The notes under the pieces are model-generated. The model made no database searches, was not told the DNA's origin, and saw only the letters and a program-made list of their open reading frames with translations. This document shows positions 1 through 9,652 of a stretch of DNA of 62,546 nucleotides, piece after piece (the first letter of the stretch is position 1; each line of letters starts with the position of its first letter). This stretch comes from Candidatus Zixiibacteriota bacterium (GTDB lineage Bacteria > Zixibacteria > MSB-5A5 > SM1-73): positions 1 to 62,546 of the forward strand of contig JBARPX010000080.1 of assembly GCA_049643405.1 (NCBI GenBank). Reading direction: 5' to 3'. Position numbers and translations under genes: made by a program.

Positions 1-2
1 CT

Positions 3-620
3 CGTGATTCGTTATATTTTGAGGCTCAGGATTGGAACGTTGGTTTTGATGCCATAATCGCTGACACGGCCTATAGGAACCTGGTGGATCGCACCTCGCC
101 TGCCGACACCTCGGACCGGTACTGGGATTATGAGTTTGAGTTGCCTGAGTTTGCCTCTCAGTCGGTTCACTATGCGGTAACGGCGTTCGACGTGGGCGAT
201 CCTCAGACCGGTCTTCAACCTCTGGAGGCCTCCAAGCTGGTCAACGCCACCGAAGTCTATCCGGTGGACGACTGGGGTGAGGTTGAGGCCGAGGGTCTGA
301 AGGTGATGGTTTATCCCAATCCTTATCGGATAGATGGGGGGTATGTTGACGACAAGTACGAGTCGGAAGGCATTTACGAGAAGCGGATAAGGTTTGTGAA
401 CCTGCCTCCCCGATGCACCATCAGGATATATTCTCTGGATGGTGATCTGGTACAGGTCATAGATCACGAAAAAGAGGATGACGCCCTGGATGCCACCATT
501 GACGAATGGAATTTGATCTCCCGTAACACCCAGGCGGTGGTAACAGGGATCTATCTGTTCGCCGTGGAGAACAAGGATACCGGAGAAAACCAGGTAGGAA
601 AGTTCGTGATAATGAAATAA
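3..620 (+). CDS. 3' part of a large secreted protein ending in a T9SS-type C-terminal sorting domain (5' end outside window)
   Basis: The frame is open from base 3, so the listed GTG at 84 is internal. The tail reads KVMVYPNPY..IRFVNLPPRCTIRIYSLDGDLV..WNLISRNTQAVVTGIYLFAVE..GKFVIMK*, the layout typical of Por/T9SS CTDs. Confidence 0.7.
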   Translation, partial: RDSLYFEAQDWNVGFDAIIADTAYRNLVDRTSPADTSDRYWDYEFELPEFASQSVHYAVTAFDVGDPQTGLQPLEASKLVNATEVYPVDDWGEVEAEGLKVMVYPNPYRIDGGYVDDKYESEGIYEKRIRFVNLPPRCTIRIYSLDGDLVQVIDHEKEDDALDATIDEWNLISRNTQAVVTGIYLFAVENKDTGENQVGKFVIMK

Positions 621-635
621 GGAAAGGAGAGAATC

Positions 636-1568
636 GTGCGAAAGCCACTCTTTGGAGTTTTGATATTGATACTGCTTTTGTCCCCCCAATGGGTTTGGGG
701 GCAAGATAAGGTCGGAACGGCCGGAGCTCAATTTCTGGAGTTGGGGGTTTCGGCTCGGGCCATGGGCATGGGAGACGCTTTCCTCTCCATCTGTGATGAT
801 GCCTCCGCGGTGTACTATAATCCGGCCGGATTGGCCCAACTCATGGACAGGCAGGCGCTGTTTACCCATGTCTCGTACCCGGCGGACATCACCTATGATT
901 TTGTGGGCGTAGGTTACCCGACTCCCAGATGGGGTGGAGTATGGGGATTCGGTCTTCTCATGCTGAATGCCGGTGACATGCCCTTTACCCCCTATGATGC
1001 CCACTTGGAGCCCTCCCAGACGTTCACCTGCAAGGAATATGCTTTGAGCTTCAGCTATGCCAGAAGCCTGACAGATCGTTTCAACATCGGCATCACTTTG
1101 AAGTTCATCGATCAGCTCTATGACACCGATAGAGCCATAGGCTGGGCTGCAGACGTGGGCACCCTGTATGACACCGGGTTCAAGGGTTTCAAGATAGGTA
1201 TGGTGGTCAACAACTTCGGCCCAGACATGACCATGATAGATGAATCATATCCGCTTCCCATGAATTTCAGATTCGGAGGCGTGTTCGACGTGTACCGGAG
1301 GGGTGATCACAGCGCTGTCTTTGCGGCTGAGGGAAGCCATCCCAATGATAACTCGGAGAAGTTCAATGCCGGCGTGGAATACTGGTACAGCGATGTGTTC
1401 TCCTTGAGATTGGGAAACCATTTTGAATACGACAGTGGCGGAATTTCGGCAGGCGGGGGAGCGAGGTTCAACTTGACCGAAGCGATCCGGCTGAGCATCG
1501 ATTACGGTTATCATGACATGGACTGGCTGGAGCGCATGCAGAGGTTCACCGTGGGAGTCGCATTCTAA
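636..1568 (+). CDS. PorV/PorQ-family outer-membrane beta-barrel (T9SS-associated)
   Basis: AAGGAGAG RBS before the GTG and a signal peptide. N-terminal GTAGAQFLELGVSARAMGMGDAF and YYNPAGL motifs. Alternating beta-strand pattern with a C-terminal aromatic residue (..TVGVAF). Confidence 0.65.
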   Translation: MRKPLFGVLILILLLSPQWVWGQDKVGTAGAQFLELGVSARAMGMGDAFLSICDDASAVYYNPAGLAQLMDRQALFTHVSYPADITYDFVGVGYPTPRWGGVWGFGLLMLNAGDMPFTPYDAHLEPSQTFTCKEYALSFSYARSLTDRFNIGITLKFIDQLYDTDRAIGWAADVGTLYDTGFKGFKIGMVVNNFGPDMTMIDESYPLPMNFRFGGVFDVYRRGDHSAVFAAEGSHPNDNSEKFNAGVEYWYSDVFSLRLGNHFEYDSGGISAGGGARFNLTEAIRLSIDYGYHDMDWLERMQRFTVGVAF

Positions 1569-1659
1569 GGGTTCATTTTAAAGACGTGGAGATTAGGAAC
1601 CGCAAGCTTGGAAAGGACAAGCTTGACTTTCATATAATTATCGCAAGGAGTTCTGAATT

Positions 1660-3504
1660 ATGAGGAGATACGGTTTTTGTTTAGTGATCTTTTCCCTCTG
1701 CCTTCTGATGCTTTCCGGGTGTGGTAAGCTGGAACGGAAAGGGACCCTGCCGGCTAACAGCCCTCCCACGGTGTATTTCGCAAACGTTCCGGCTGAGTCG
1801 ACCTATTTTTCGGTGAATCCCCGGATTTACTGGTACGGGACGGACGTCGACGGTTTCATAGCCGCCTATCAGTATGCGGTGATGATGACGGACAGCGTCG
1901 TCAACTTCGGGGGATTGGAGGAGGTGAAAAGCTTTCTTCGCAGCATCCCGGCGGATAGCGTTTCGTGGGTAAGCCAGACCAGCCTGAAGAGCATGATCGG
2001 AGCTCATGTGGTGTCCGAGCCCGGTGGGCATCAGAGAAACGTGAGGACGTATGCGGACATGAATCCCGAGATATATACGCCTCAATACCTGTTGCTTCGA
2101 GCCGTGGACAATCGCGGAGAGATATCTGAGGTGATTAGCAGGCTATTCTACCGCAACAACCACCGACCGGAAGCCTTCATCAACGCGGACAGCGCCTTTG
2201 CCGCCAAGAACCATTATTGCCTGGAAGACACGACTGCCACCTGGAAAGGAATCAGCATCTCCTGGTCGGGTCTGGACACCGCCGACTATCCGGACGAGCG
2301 CTATCAGCCCGACTTTCAGTTTAAGTGGGAACTGGTGGGTCCGTTCGGGGACACTTTGAGCATGGATTCCAGCATGGTTGCCGATTCATCGCTTGACAGC
2401 ATGGTGATCGGCGGGGAGGTGATCTACACGCGATGGGTACCGGATCAGTCGTATGTCTTCAGAGATCTGGAGAATGCCGCTGGTTTGGGCTATGGATGGT
2501 ATCAGTTGAGGGTAAGAACCAGAGACGATGCCTTTGTCAGCACCGACACTGCCACCACGCTTAACATCCGCATCTTAAAGCCGCAATTTCGTTACGCCGA
2601 CCAGAGCAGAAAAACCGTTCTGCTGGTGGAGGCCACCAGGTACGGCGGGGCACCCGGAGGTCTGGTCGGCAGCGCGACAGAGGAGTCTGATACCGCGTTC
2701 GTTCGAGATTTCTATCGAACAGGGCTCCAACGCCTTCTCGGTCAAAATGTGTATCACGAGTTCGCAATGTGGCACGACCCGGCGGTTCCTCCATACGGGG
2801 GCGGCAAGAGCGTTCCCGTCGAGGACACCCTGGCGCGATACGACCTGGTGATAGTGACCAACCTGGGATCCGGACCGGGCCTCAGTGAGGATAACTTCAG
2901 AGCGTACAAGGAATACCTGAACGTGGGCGGACGTCTGTGGATTATTGGAATGAACAATTTCAATTTTTCCCCGGGCAGGGAATCCAAGCCAATGGAAACA
3001 ATAAGGAGTGTTGCCCCCAACACCTACCAGGTTGGTGTTGAATACTGTGGAATACAATCCGTGTTCATTCCCACCTTGACCAGCTTGGACAGCATGACCC
3101 TGGAGTTCGTCCAGGCCAAGCCTTTTGGAGCTTGGGAGCAGCTTCCTGTCCTCAGCGCGGATACCACCAAGTGCAAGCGGCTGATAGAGTATAAACCGAA
3201 CGACGCATACCAGCAATGGGGCGCGCGCGGTATCCCCTGGGTGACTTTTGTTGCCATGTCTAACAATATGGATTGGGCTTTCAGAATTCCTGCCGAGAGA
3301 CGAATCTTGAGTTTTGTCTCTTACTACGGGTTTCTCTCACCCATGCATGATCGCCCCTGCGGGGTGAATTACATCGGGCCCACCTTCCGTACCGCTTTCT
3401 TCACTTTTCCGCTCAATCTGATGCAAAATGACGAACAGGACGATTATCCTGCGCATCAGGTTATGAAGGGGGTCATAGAGTGGTTCTGGGAGGACTTACC
3501 TTAG
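1660..3504 (+). CDS. lipoprotein of unknown function (614 aa)
   Basis: AAGGAG RBS and a lipobox (LLMLSG-C). Long uninterrupted ORF followed by a strong terminator. No domain recognised. Confidence 0.7.
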   Translation: MRRYGFCLVIFSLCLLMLSGCGKLERKGTLPANSPPTVYFANVPAESTYFSVNPRIYWYGTDVDGFIAAYQYAVMMTDSVVNFGGLEEVKSFLRSIPADSVSWVSQTSLKSMIGAHVVSEPGGHQRNVRTYADMNPEIYTPQYLLLRAVDNRGEISEVISRLFYRNNHRPEAFINADSAFAAKNHYCLEDTTATWKGISISWSGLDTADYPDERYQPDFQFKWELVGPFGDTLSMDSSMVADSSLDSMVIGGEVIYTRWVPDQSYVFRDLENAAGLGYGWYQLRVRTRDDAFVSTDTATTLNIRILKPQFRYADQSRKTVLLVEATRYGGAPGGLVGSATEESDTAFVRDFYRTGLQRLLGQNVYHEFAMWHDPAVPPYGGGKSVPVEDTLARYDLVIVTNLGSGPGLSEDNFRAYKEYLNVGGRLWIIGMNNFNFSPGRESKPMETIRSVAPNTYQVGVEYCGIQSVFIPTLTSLDSMTLEFVQAKPFGAWEQLPVLSADTTKCKRLIEYKPNDAYQQWGARGIPWVTFVAMSNNMDWAFRIPAERRILSFVSYYGFLSPMHDRPCGVNYIGPTFRTAFFTFPLNLMQNDEQDDYPAHQVMKGVIEWFWEDLP

Positions 3505-3530
3505 GTTTCCATTCAAACGGGTTTAGTAGA

Positions 3531-3562
3531 AGAGGTCGGAGTCGTCTCCGGCCTCTTTTTTT
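3531..3562 (+). terminator. Rho-independent terminator after the 614-aa lipoprotein gene
   Basis: 11-bp stem agaggtcggag / ctccggcctct (one G-U pair), tcgt loop, then a run of 7 T. Confidence 0.6.
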
Positions 3563-3723
3563 GGCGGATAACTTCAACCTCATCTATCAGCACTGTCCAT
3601 TTGGGTCTGAATAGGTGTGGCGAGGAAAGGTCAGGGTTGTTTATCCTGGAAGCTTCGGTGAATATCTCCGGTGCAATAATAACCGGGCTTGGGCGGTCGA
3701 TCTCACTGGTCCCGCTGTCTGTT

Positions 3724-4215
3724 TTAGAACAGAACCTGCCATATGAAGATTCCTATCATGGCACAGCCGACCACGAATTTGATCAGAGTCCCGCCCAAAA
3801 AGCCGAGGAAAGTTCCCACTCCGGCCTTAAAGGCCTGAGAGCCTTTTCTTCCTCCCAGAAGTTCACCTAAGATGGCTCCCACGAATGAGCCCAGCAGAAG
3901 ACCGATCAGTCCACCGGTAAAGAGCCCGATGAGCATGCCCAGAAACGCTCCTGTAAGTCCCCATCCGCTGGCACCCATCTTTTTTGCCCCGTACAAATTC
4001 GCCACATAGTCCAGCAGGCTGACCATTGCAGTCAAGAGCGCGAATACTCCCAGGAAACCCCAGCCAATCTTTTCGAATCCGGTGAGGAGGGCGTAGATGA
4101 AAGCTCCCACCCACATTATGGGTAAACCGGGAAGCATGGGAAGTATAGTCCCCGCCAGGCCAACCAGCATTGTGAGCATGGCCAATATGAACAGACCAAT
4201 CATCCCGATATTCAT
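3724..4215 (-). CDS. DUF456-family inner-membrane protein
   Basis: Gly/Leu-rich four-TM protein with LAGTILPMLPGLP, GAKKMGASGWG and GELLGGR motifs typical of DUF456. The start is ambiguous (ATG at 4257, 4215 or 4203). Confidence 0.7.
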   Translation of the reverse strand: MNIGMIGLFILAMLTMLVGLAGTILPMLPGLPIMWVGAFIYALLTGFEKIGWGFLGVFALLTAMVSLLDYVANLYGAKKMGASGWGLTGAFLGMLIGLFTGGLIGLLLGSFVGAILGELLGGRKGSQAFKAGVGTFLGFLGGTLIKFVVGCAMIGIFIWQVLF

Positions 4216-4563
4216 GCGGCGTGCCCGTCCTTCTTTGATGAGTTGCGGCCGATTCAAGGCCTGCCGGAACCTGTACTAATATCATCCGGATGCAGAAAAA
4301 GGCAAGGCTTTTCGTCAAAAAAAGCCTGTACACGTATTATATCAGAGAAGCCGTGTTAGGCACGAAACCCTTTTTAGAGCCTCAGGAATTTGCGGCAGGT
4401 CGGCAGATTACTCCGAAAGGCCCCGGCTGAATGAAGGTGAAAGCCGACCCAATGCCGCCGATAACATAATAGATGTCGGTTTGAGCATCGCGGTACTCCT
4501 GCGACGACCTCGACCGCCTTCCTAAACTTCAAAGGATCTGTCAGTCAAGAAGGGGGAAGCACG

Positions 4564-4776
4564 ATGAGATACTCAAAAGGTGCCTTGCGAATACCTGTTA
4601 TGGTTGGCGTGCTACTCTTGATTTCTGTTCGAGACTGTTTTGCCTATGTCGATCCCGGTACCGGCAGTTACGTTCTTCAGCTCATTATGGCTGGACTGCT
4701 GGCAGCGGCCTTTGCCCTGAAGTCTTACTGGAAAAACATCACTGCCTTCCTCTCCAGGCTGCTTTCAAAGAAATAG
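4564..4776 (+). CDS. small membrane protein (70 aa) with YVDPGTGSY motif
   Basis: GGGGGAAG RBS, two hydrophobic segments, and the stop lies 10 nt before the next gene. Function unknown. Confidence 0.45.
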   Translation: MRYSKGALRIPVMVGVLLLISVRDCFAYVDPGTGSYVLQLIMAGLLAAAFALKSYWKNITAFLSRLLSKK

Positions 4777-4786
4777 AAGGGGAAAG

Positions 4787-6166
4787 ATGACGGCAAATGC
4801 TGAAGCTCTTGCCAGCTCCTTTCGGGATACAAGCGGTTTCGTGTTTACTCGTGATGGCTCGGTCTATCGTCAGGTGAACCGTGCATACGAGGATAACTAT
4901 GACCACCTGATGCGCTCAGGACTTTATGAATCGCTTGTTGGTTCAGGATTGCTGATTCCTCATGACGAGGTGGAGACGGAGTCAGCCGGAGCTGAGGGCG
5001 CATACAAGATACTGAAACCCGAGTTGATACCTTTCATATCATATCCCTATGAATGGTGTTTCAGCCAACTGAAGGATGCGGCCTCAACTACCTTGCAGGT
5101 TCAGAAGACCGCAGTTGATTTCGGGATGACCCTGAAAGATAGCAGTGCCTACAACGTTCAGTTTCTGAACGGAAGGCCTGTATTCATCGACACTCTCTCC
5201 TTCGAGAGATACCGCGAGGGGCAGACCTGGGCCGCATACAGACAGTTCTGTCAACATTTTCTTGCCCCTTTGGCTCTTATGAGTTACCGGGACGTCCGGC
5301 TAAGTCAGCTGTCCCGCGTTTACTTGGACGGAATACCGCTGGATCTGGCCGGTTCACTTCTTCCCTTTCGAAGTCGGCTGAGATTCTCCCTGCTTTCTCA
5401 CATTCATCTGCACGCCAAAAGCCAGAAATACTTTGCCGACAAGTCTCCGGCCGCAAACCGGCGCAGAATGAGCCTCAAGGGTTTTCTGGGTCTGATTGAC
5501 AGCCTGCAATCCGCCGTGGAGAGACTGAAGTGGCGTCCCCAAGGCACTGAGTGGGCAGACTACTATGAGAAAGTCGGCTATTCACAGGAAGCGCTGGAAC
5601 ACAAGAGGGAACTGGTGAGAGGGTTCTTGGAGAGCATGAACCCGAGCATGGTTTGGGATCTGGGTGCAAACACCGGCCTTTTCAGTCGCATAGCAGGCGA
5701 AAGAGGGATCACCACCATCTCCTTCGACGTCGATCCCGCGGCGGTGGAGAAGAATTACCTTGAGTGCCGAGAGCAGGGCCAATGCAATATCCTGCCTCTG
5801 GTACTTGATTTGACCAATCCGAGTCCGAGCATAGGATGGCGTAATCGGGAAAGGGACTCATTCGTCGAACGTGGTCCGGCCGATACCGTTCTGGCCCTGG
5901 CCTTGATCCATCATCTGGCAATCTCCAACAATCTTCCAGTCAAAGAGATTGCAGACTTCTTTGGAAAAATCTGTGACCGGCTCATCATCGAATTCGTTCC
6001 CAAGAGCGACTCGCAGGTGCAAAGGCTTCTGTCGACCAGAGAGGACATTTTTGCCGATTATACCCAGCAGGCCTTTGAACGCAGCTTCAGGGAGCATTTC
6101 AGAATTCAGAGTTGCGCGAACATCCGGGATACCAAAAGAACCCTGTATCTAATGGAAAAGAGGTAG
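4787..6166 (+). CDS. class I SAM-dependent methyltransferase with an N-terminal extension domain
   Basis: Motif I VWDLGANTGLFS followed by the acidic loop ISFDVD, then LALALIHHL. RBS AAGGGGAAAG. Confidence 0.7.
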   Translation: MTANAEALASSFRDTSGFVFTRDGSVYRQVNRAYEDNYDHLMRSGLYESLVGSGLLIPHDEVETESAGAEGAYKILKPELIPFISYPYEWCFSQLKDAASTTLQVQKTAVDFGMTLKDSSAYNVQFLNGRPVFIDTLSFERYREGQTWAAYRQFCQHFLAPLALMSYRDVRLSQLSRVYLDGIPLDLAGSLLPFRSRLRFSLLSHIHLHAKSQKYFADKSPAANRRRMSLKGFLGLIDSLQSAVERLKWRPQGTEWADYYEKVGYSQEALEHKRELVRGFLESMNPSMVWDLGANTGLFSRIAGERGITTISFDVDPAAVEKNYLECREQGQCNILPLVLDLTNPSPSIGWRNRERDSFVERGPADTVLALALIHHLAISNNLPVKEIADFFGKICDRLIIEFVPKSDSQVQRLLSTREDIFADYTQQAFERSFREHFRIQSCANIRDTKRTLYLMEKR

Positions 6167-6178
6167 GTCAGATAAGCG

Positions 6179-7843
6179 ATGAGGAAATCAGTTGTTGTTC
6201 ACCCTTTCCTATTTGCGGTATTCCCCATTCTGTTTTTGTATTCTCACAATATAGAAAGGACGTCAATAACTGATTTCGTCGCTCCTGCAGTGATTTCAGC
6301 TCTGTCTGCTTCTTCGCTCTGGTTCTTGCTGAGTCTTGCCTTCAAGAGCAAACAGAAGGCGGGACTATTGGTCTCTTTATCCGTCCTCTTGTTCTTCTCC
6401 TACGGGCATCTTTGTGATGCAGTCGGAGATTTGGCCTTTTCCATCCGGGGGACCATCATCGGAGCTGATGAGCTTCTTGTCTTCGTGTGCAGCCTCCTTG
6501 TCTTTTTGGGCGCATACTTCCTGGCGAAATCAACCAGGAACTTCAGCGTTCTAACCAAGGCCCTTAATGTGGCCGCGGTTTTCCTGCTTTGCATTTCCCT
6601 TATAGGCATTGGCAGCCATGCGCTCAGAACGGGGCTGGCGCGGCACCAGCATGGATGGCCGGGGGATACGATGGAGGCTTCGGTTGATTGGGACAAACCT
6701 GACAGGTTTCCTGACATATACTACATCATCCTGGACGGCTATGCCAGGGCGGACATCCTTGAGGAGTTGTATCGCTATGATAACGGAGAGTTTCTCGATT
6801 ACCTGAAGAGAAGGGGTTTCTGTGTGGCTCATAAGAGCAAGTCGAATTACTGCCAGACCGCCTTATCGCTGGCTTCGTCTTTGAACCTTCAGTATATCCA
6901 GGAGTTGATCAACCGAATCCATGATGATTCCCGCAACACCTCACTGCTGAGGAACCTGATCCGGGAAAGCGGAATCGCCCGCTTTCTAAGACAGCACGGA
7001 TACACGTTTGTGGCCTTCTCCTCCGGATACTCTTTCACGGAGATGAAGAGCGCGGACATCTACATGTCTCCCTCTCAGGCCTTGTCCGAATCTCAGAATC
7101 TGCTCATCAACCGCACGCCTCTTCGACCGCTTCTGACCAAGCTGCCGCTAAAATCACAATATGACCTGCACCGGGATCGCCTGTTATATGTCTTCGATGA
7201 GCTTCCCCGTGTCAGCAAAACGGATTCCCCGGTCTTCGTCTTTGCCCATATCATGGCCCCTCATCCCCCTTTTGTGTTCGGAGAGGACGGGGAGCCAATC
7301 AGATGCGATGGTGAATTCTCATACCATGACGGCAGCCATTATACCAGAGATACAGGCAGAGACGAGTACAAGCGGAATTACATTAGACAACTGGTATTCA
7401 TCAATAAGAAGACGAAAGAGGCGATAGACCGGATTTTGGCGGCTGCCCCCGAGCCCCCGGTCATAATCCTGCAGTCCGATCATGGTCCGGGTTCCATGCT
7501 GGAGTGGGACGATCCAAAGAGAACCAACCTCGAAGAAAGGATGTCCATACTGAACGCATACCATCTTCCGGACGATGGTCACGAACTCCTGTACGACGAG
7601 ATAACCCCGGTGAATACGTTCAGGATAATATGCAACCACTACTTCGGCACAAGCTATGATCTGCTTAGAGACGAGAGCTACTTTTCAAACCACCAGCATC
7701 CTTACAGATTCATCAACGTAACCGACCAGACAACCTGCAGGATTCATCCGGAATGTTCGACGTTGGCCGTGGGTGCCCCCCCACCCCGGACCACGCCTGC
7801 CCGGAGTAAGCCTACCCCGCGGGAAGACCACAAAACCCAGTAG
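6179..7843 (+). CDS. polytopic membrane protein with a sulfatase/alkaline-phosphatase-superfamily (LtaS/EptA-like) ectodomain
   Basis: About 5 N-terminal TM helices, then YYIILDGYARAD, FVFAHIMAPHPPF and ILQSDHGP motifs. The last ~25 codons run antisense through a DUF456 relic. Confidence 0.7.
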   Translation: MRKSVVVHPFLFAVFPILFLYSHNIERTSITDFVAPAVISALSASSLWFLLSLAFKSKQKAGLLVSLSVLLFFSYGHLCDAVGDLAFSIRGTIIGADELLVFVCSLLVFLGAYFLAKSTRNFSVLTKALNVAAVFLLCISLIGIGSHALRTGLARHQHGWPGDTMEASVDWDKPDRFPDIYYIILDGYARADILEELYRYDNGEFLDYLKRRGFCVAHKSKSNYCQTALSLASSLNLQYIQELINRIHDDSRNTSLLRNLIRESGIARFLRQHGYTFVAFSSGYSFTEMKSADIYMSPSQALSESQNLLINRTPLRPLLTKLPLKSQYDLHRDRLLYVFDELPRVSKTDSPVFVFAHIMAPHPPFVFGEDGEPIRCDGEFSYHDGSHYTRDTGRDEYKRNYIRQLVFINKKTKEAIDRILAAAPEPPVIILQSDHGPGSMLEWDDPKRTNLEERMSILNAYHLPDDGHELLYDEITPVNTFRIICNHYFGTSYDLLRDESYFSNHQHPYRFINVTDQTTCRIHPECSTLAVGAPPPRTTPARSKPTPREDHKTQ

Positions 7844-7943
7844 GCTGGTGACTGCCGTCAGGAGCGCGAATACCTCCAGAAAGCCCCAGCCAATCCTTTC
7901 CAATCAACATTATAAGCACGGCTAAGATGAATAGAGCAATCAT
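7768..7943 (-). pseudogene. decayed partial copy of the DUF456 gene (5' flank, N-terminus and mid part; internal deletion and frameshift)
   Basis: 7857-7905 aligns to 4031-4079 at about 86% by hand. It encodes MIALFILAVLIMLIG.. and, in another frame, ERIGWGFLEVFALLTAVTSLL, compared with MIGLFILAMLTMLVG.. and FEKIGWGFLGVFALLTAMVSLL in the intact gene. The upstream ggatgatatta string is also shared. Confidence 0.6.
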
Positions 7944-8217
7944 TTTGAGCTTGAAGTAATATCATCCACGTGCCCAAAACGCAATGTTTTTTCACAGGAA
8001 AAGAATTCCCCACTTCGCCAACTGAGAATCGCTGAAAAGTATCTACTCTCAGCAAGGAACTCTGGAAACGAATGAACTCTGTCCCTTTGTGAAAAAATCT
8101 GCAAAACTGCCGATAATATTTCATGTCTTGCAAGATAGCCGATAGTTCGTTCGTCCTCATATACACACTACTAAATCGTTAGCCGGAACATTCTAAATCA
8201 TTAAAGAGGAGGCAGAA

Positions 8218-9261
8218 ATGAAAAGACAGTCTTTGCTGGCGATTCTGGTCGGAGGTCTTATTTTGGGTGCAATCTTCTGCGCTGGTGGAGGCGAAAGCCA
8301 AGGGACTGGTCTGAAGCTGGAAAGCTTCAACGGTGGTTTTTTCTCAATTGATAAGCCACGCGGGTGGAAGGTTATTACCGCCGGGGAATGCGCCGGATTT
8401 GCTTTCTTGATTCGTGATCCATCTGAACCCCTGAGACAGACTTTTTACTTTGGGGAGGTTGGGCCGATTTACCTATCCGAGCAACAGAGGCAAATCGATC
8501 ATCAGTACATGAACATGGGCGGCTATCCTGTCACCTGGATTGATATGCCGGTTGTCAATCCGCTTACCCCTGATAATTTTCTTGCCCAGTTTCATCTTGT
8601 CGCCCGGAGTCAAGTGGCCCAAAACTTCATGCCTCAATGCCCCAGATTGGAAAACGTTCAGATTATTTCAAAGGTCAAACAGCCAAGCCCAGTAAGCGGC
8701 GGCAGCACCGAACTGGTAAGGGCCCTGTTTACCCGAGGCGGAAATGTGGGTGAAGGGTTGTTTTTGGTTACCGTTGCTCCGGTTCTGCCCTTTACCGGTG
8801 GACCCGGAGGGGGGCTGGGATACGGATTCTCCATAATCGGAATCACTGCACCCAAGAGGGAGTTTCGGAACATTGAAAATGTACTGGTCAAGTCAGTGGG
8901 AAGTTATACCATAAGTCAATCTTATGTGAACAATTGCTTAGCACAGCAGGCAAACACCTATGCCGGGATTCTTAAGGCGGGAAAAAGCTTAAGCGAAACT
9001 TCGGATATCATTATGCAAGGATGGGAAAACCGGAATAGAGTGGACGACGTCCTCGCCGAGAAAAGAAGTGATGTCATCCTCGGCAAGGAACGACTGTATG
9101 ATCCGAATACCGGAGAGGTGTATGAATTTGAGAACGGTTTTTATGACAAGTACCAGCTTGACCAGAACAAGTATGAAATGAACAACCTCCAACCCTTACC
9201 TGATGATAATACCGATCTCTGGATGGAAGCGCCCCTGGATGGATACAGGCACCTGCGATAG
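8218..9261 (+). CDS. hypothetical lipoprotein (347 aa)
   Basis: AGAGGAGG RBS, signal peptide with Cys (GAIFC-AGGG). No domain recognised. Confidence 0.65.
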   Translation: MKRQSLLAILVGGLILGAIFCAGGGESQGTGLKLESFNGGFFSIDKPRGWKVITAGECAGFAFLIRDPSEPLRQTFYFGEVGPIYLSEQQRQIDHQYMNMGGYPVTWIDMPVVNPLTPDNFLAQFHLVARSQVAQNFMPQCPRLENVQIISKVKQPSPVSGGSTELVRALFTRGGNVGEGLFLVTVAPVLPFTGGPGGGLGYGFSIIGITAPKREFRNIENVLVKSVGSYTISQSYVNNCLAQQANTYAGILKAGKSLSETSDIIMQGWENRNRVDDVLAEKRSDVILGKERLYDPNTGEVYEFENGFYDKYQLDQNKYEMNNLQPLPDDNTDLWMEAPLDGYRHLR

Positions 9262-9652
9262 CAATTCGGCAACAGGTCGTCTGTATTTTCACTTCATTAA
9301 TAGTTGGCAACGGACAACTTACCCCTTACCGTGAAGTGCCCGGTAAGAGGGGTCCGTGACAGACAAAGCTCCTTCCTTTCACGATTAGAGCCAAATCTGG
9401 TTCCAGCCGGATTTACACCGACATCGCCTGCACAGCAAGAACGCGAGTTCTTTTCGGGAAAAACTCTTGACTTTTCCAGGATTCGGGATTGCTTGGGAGT
9501 GAGTAACAAAAGAGTTTGGCCACATAGGGAAGGGGGTGAACTGCATAGCCCGGCAGCCTCCTTTGCGAGAGCGAGAGATGAAGACCAGAGATGTAAAAAC
9601 GTCCTTGCCGCCTGACCGGCCGGAATCGTTTTATGCCTCGGGGCCAGCTAAA

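Noticed and set aside
12-1004. 330-aa minus-strand ORF spanning the first kilobase
   Set aside because: It is antisense to two well-supported plus-strand genes (the T9SS CTD tail and the PorV-like barrel with RBS and signal peptide). Its translation is low-complexity and has no motif.
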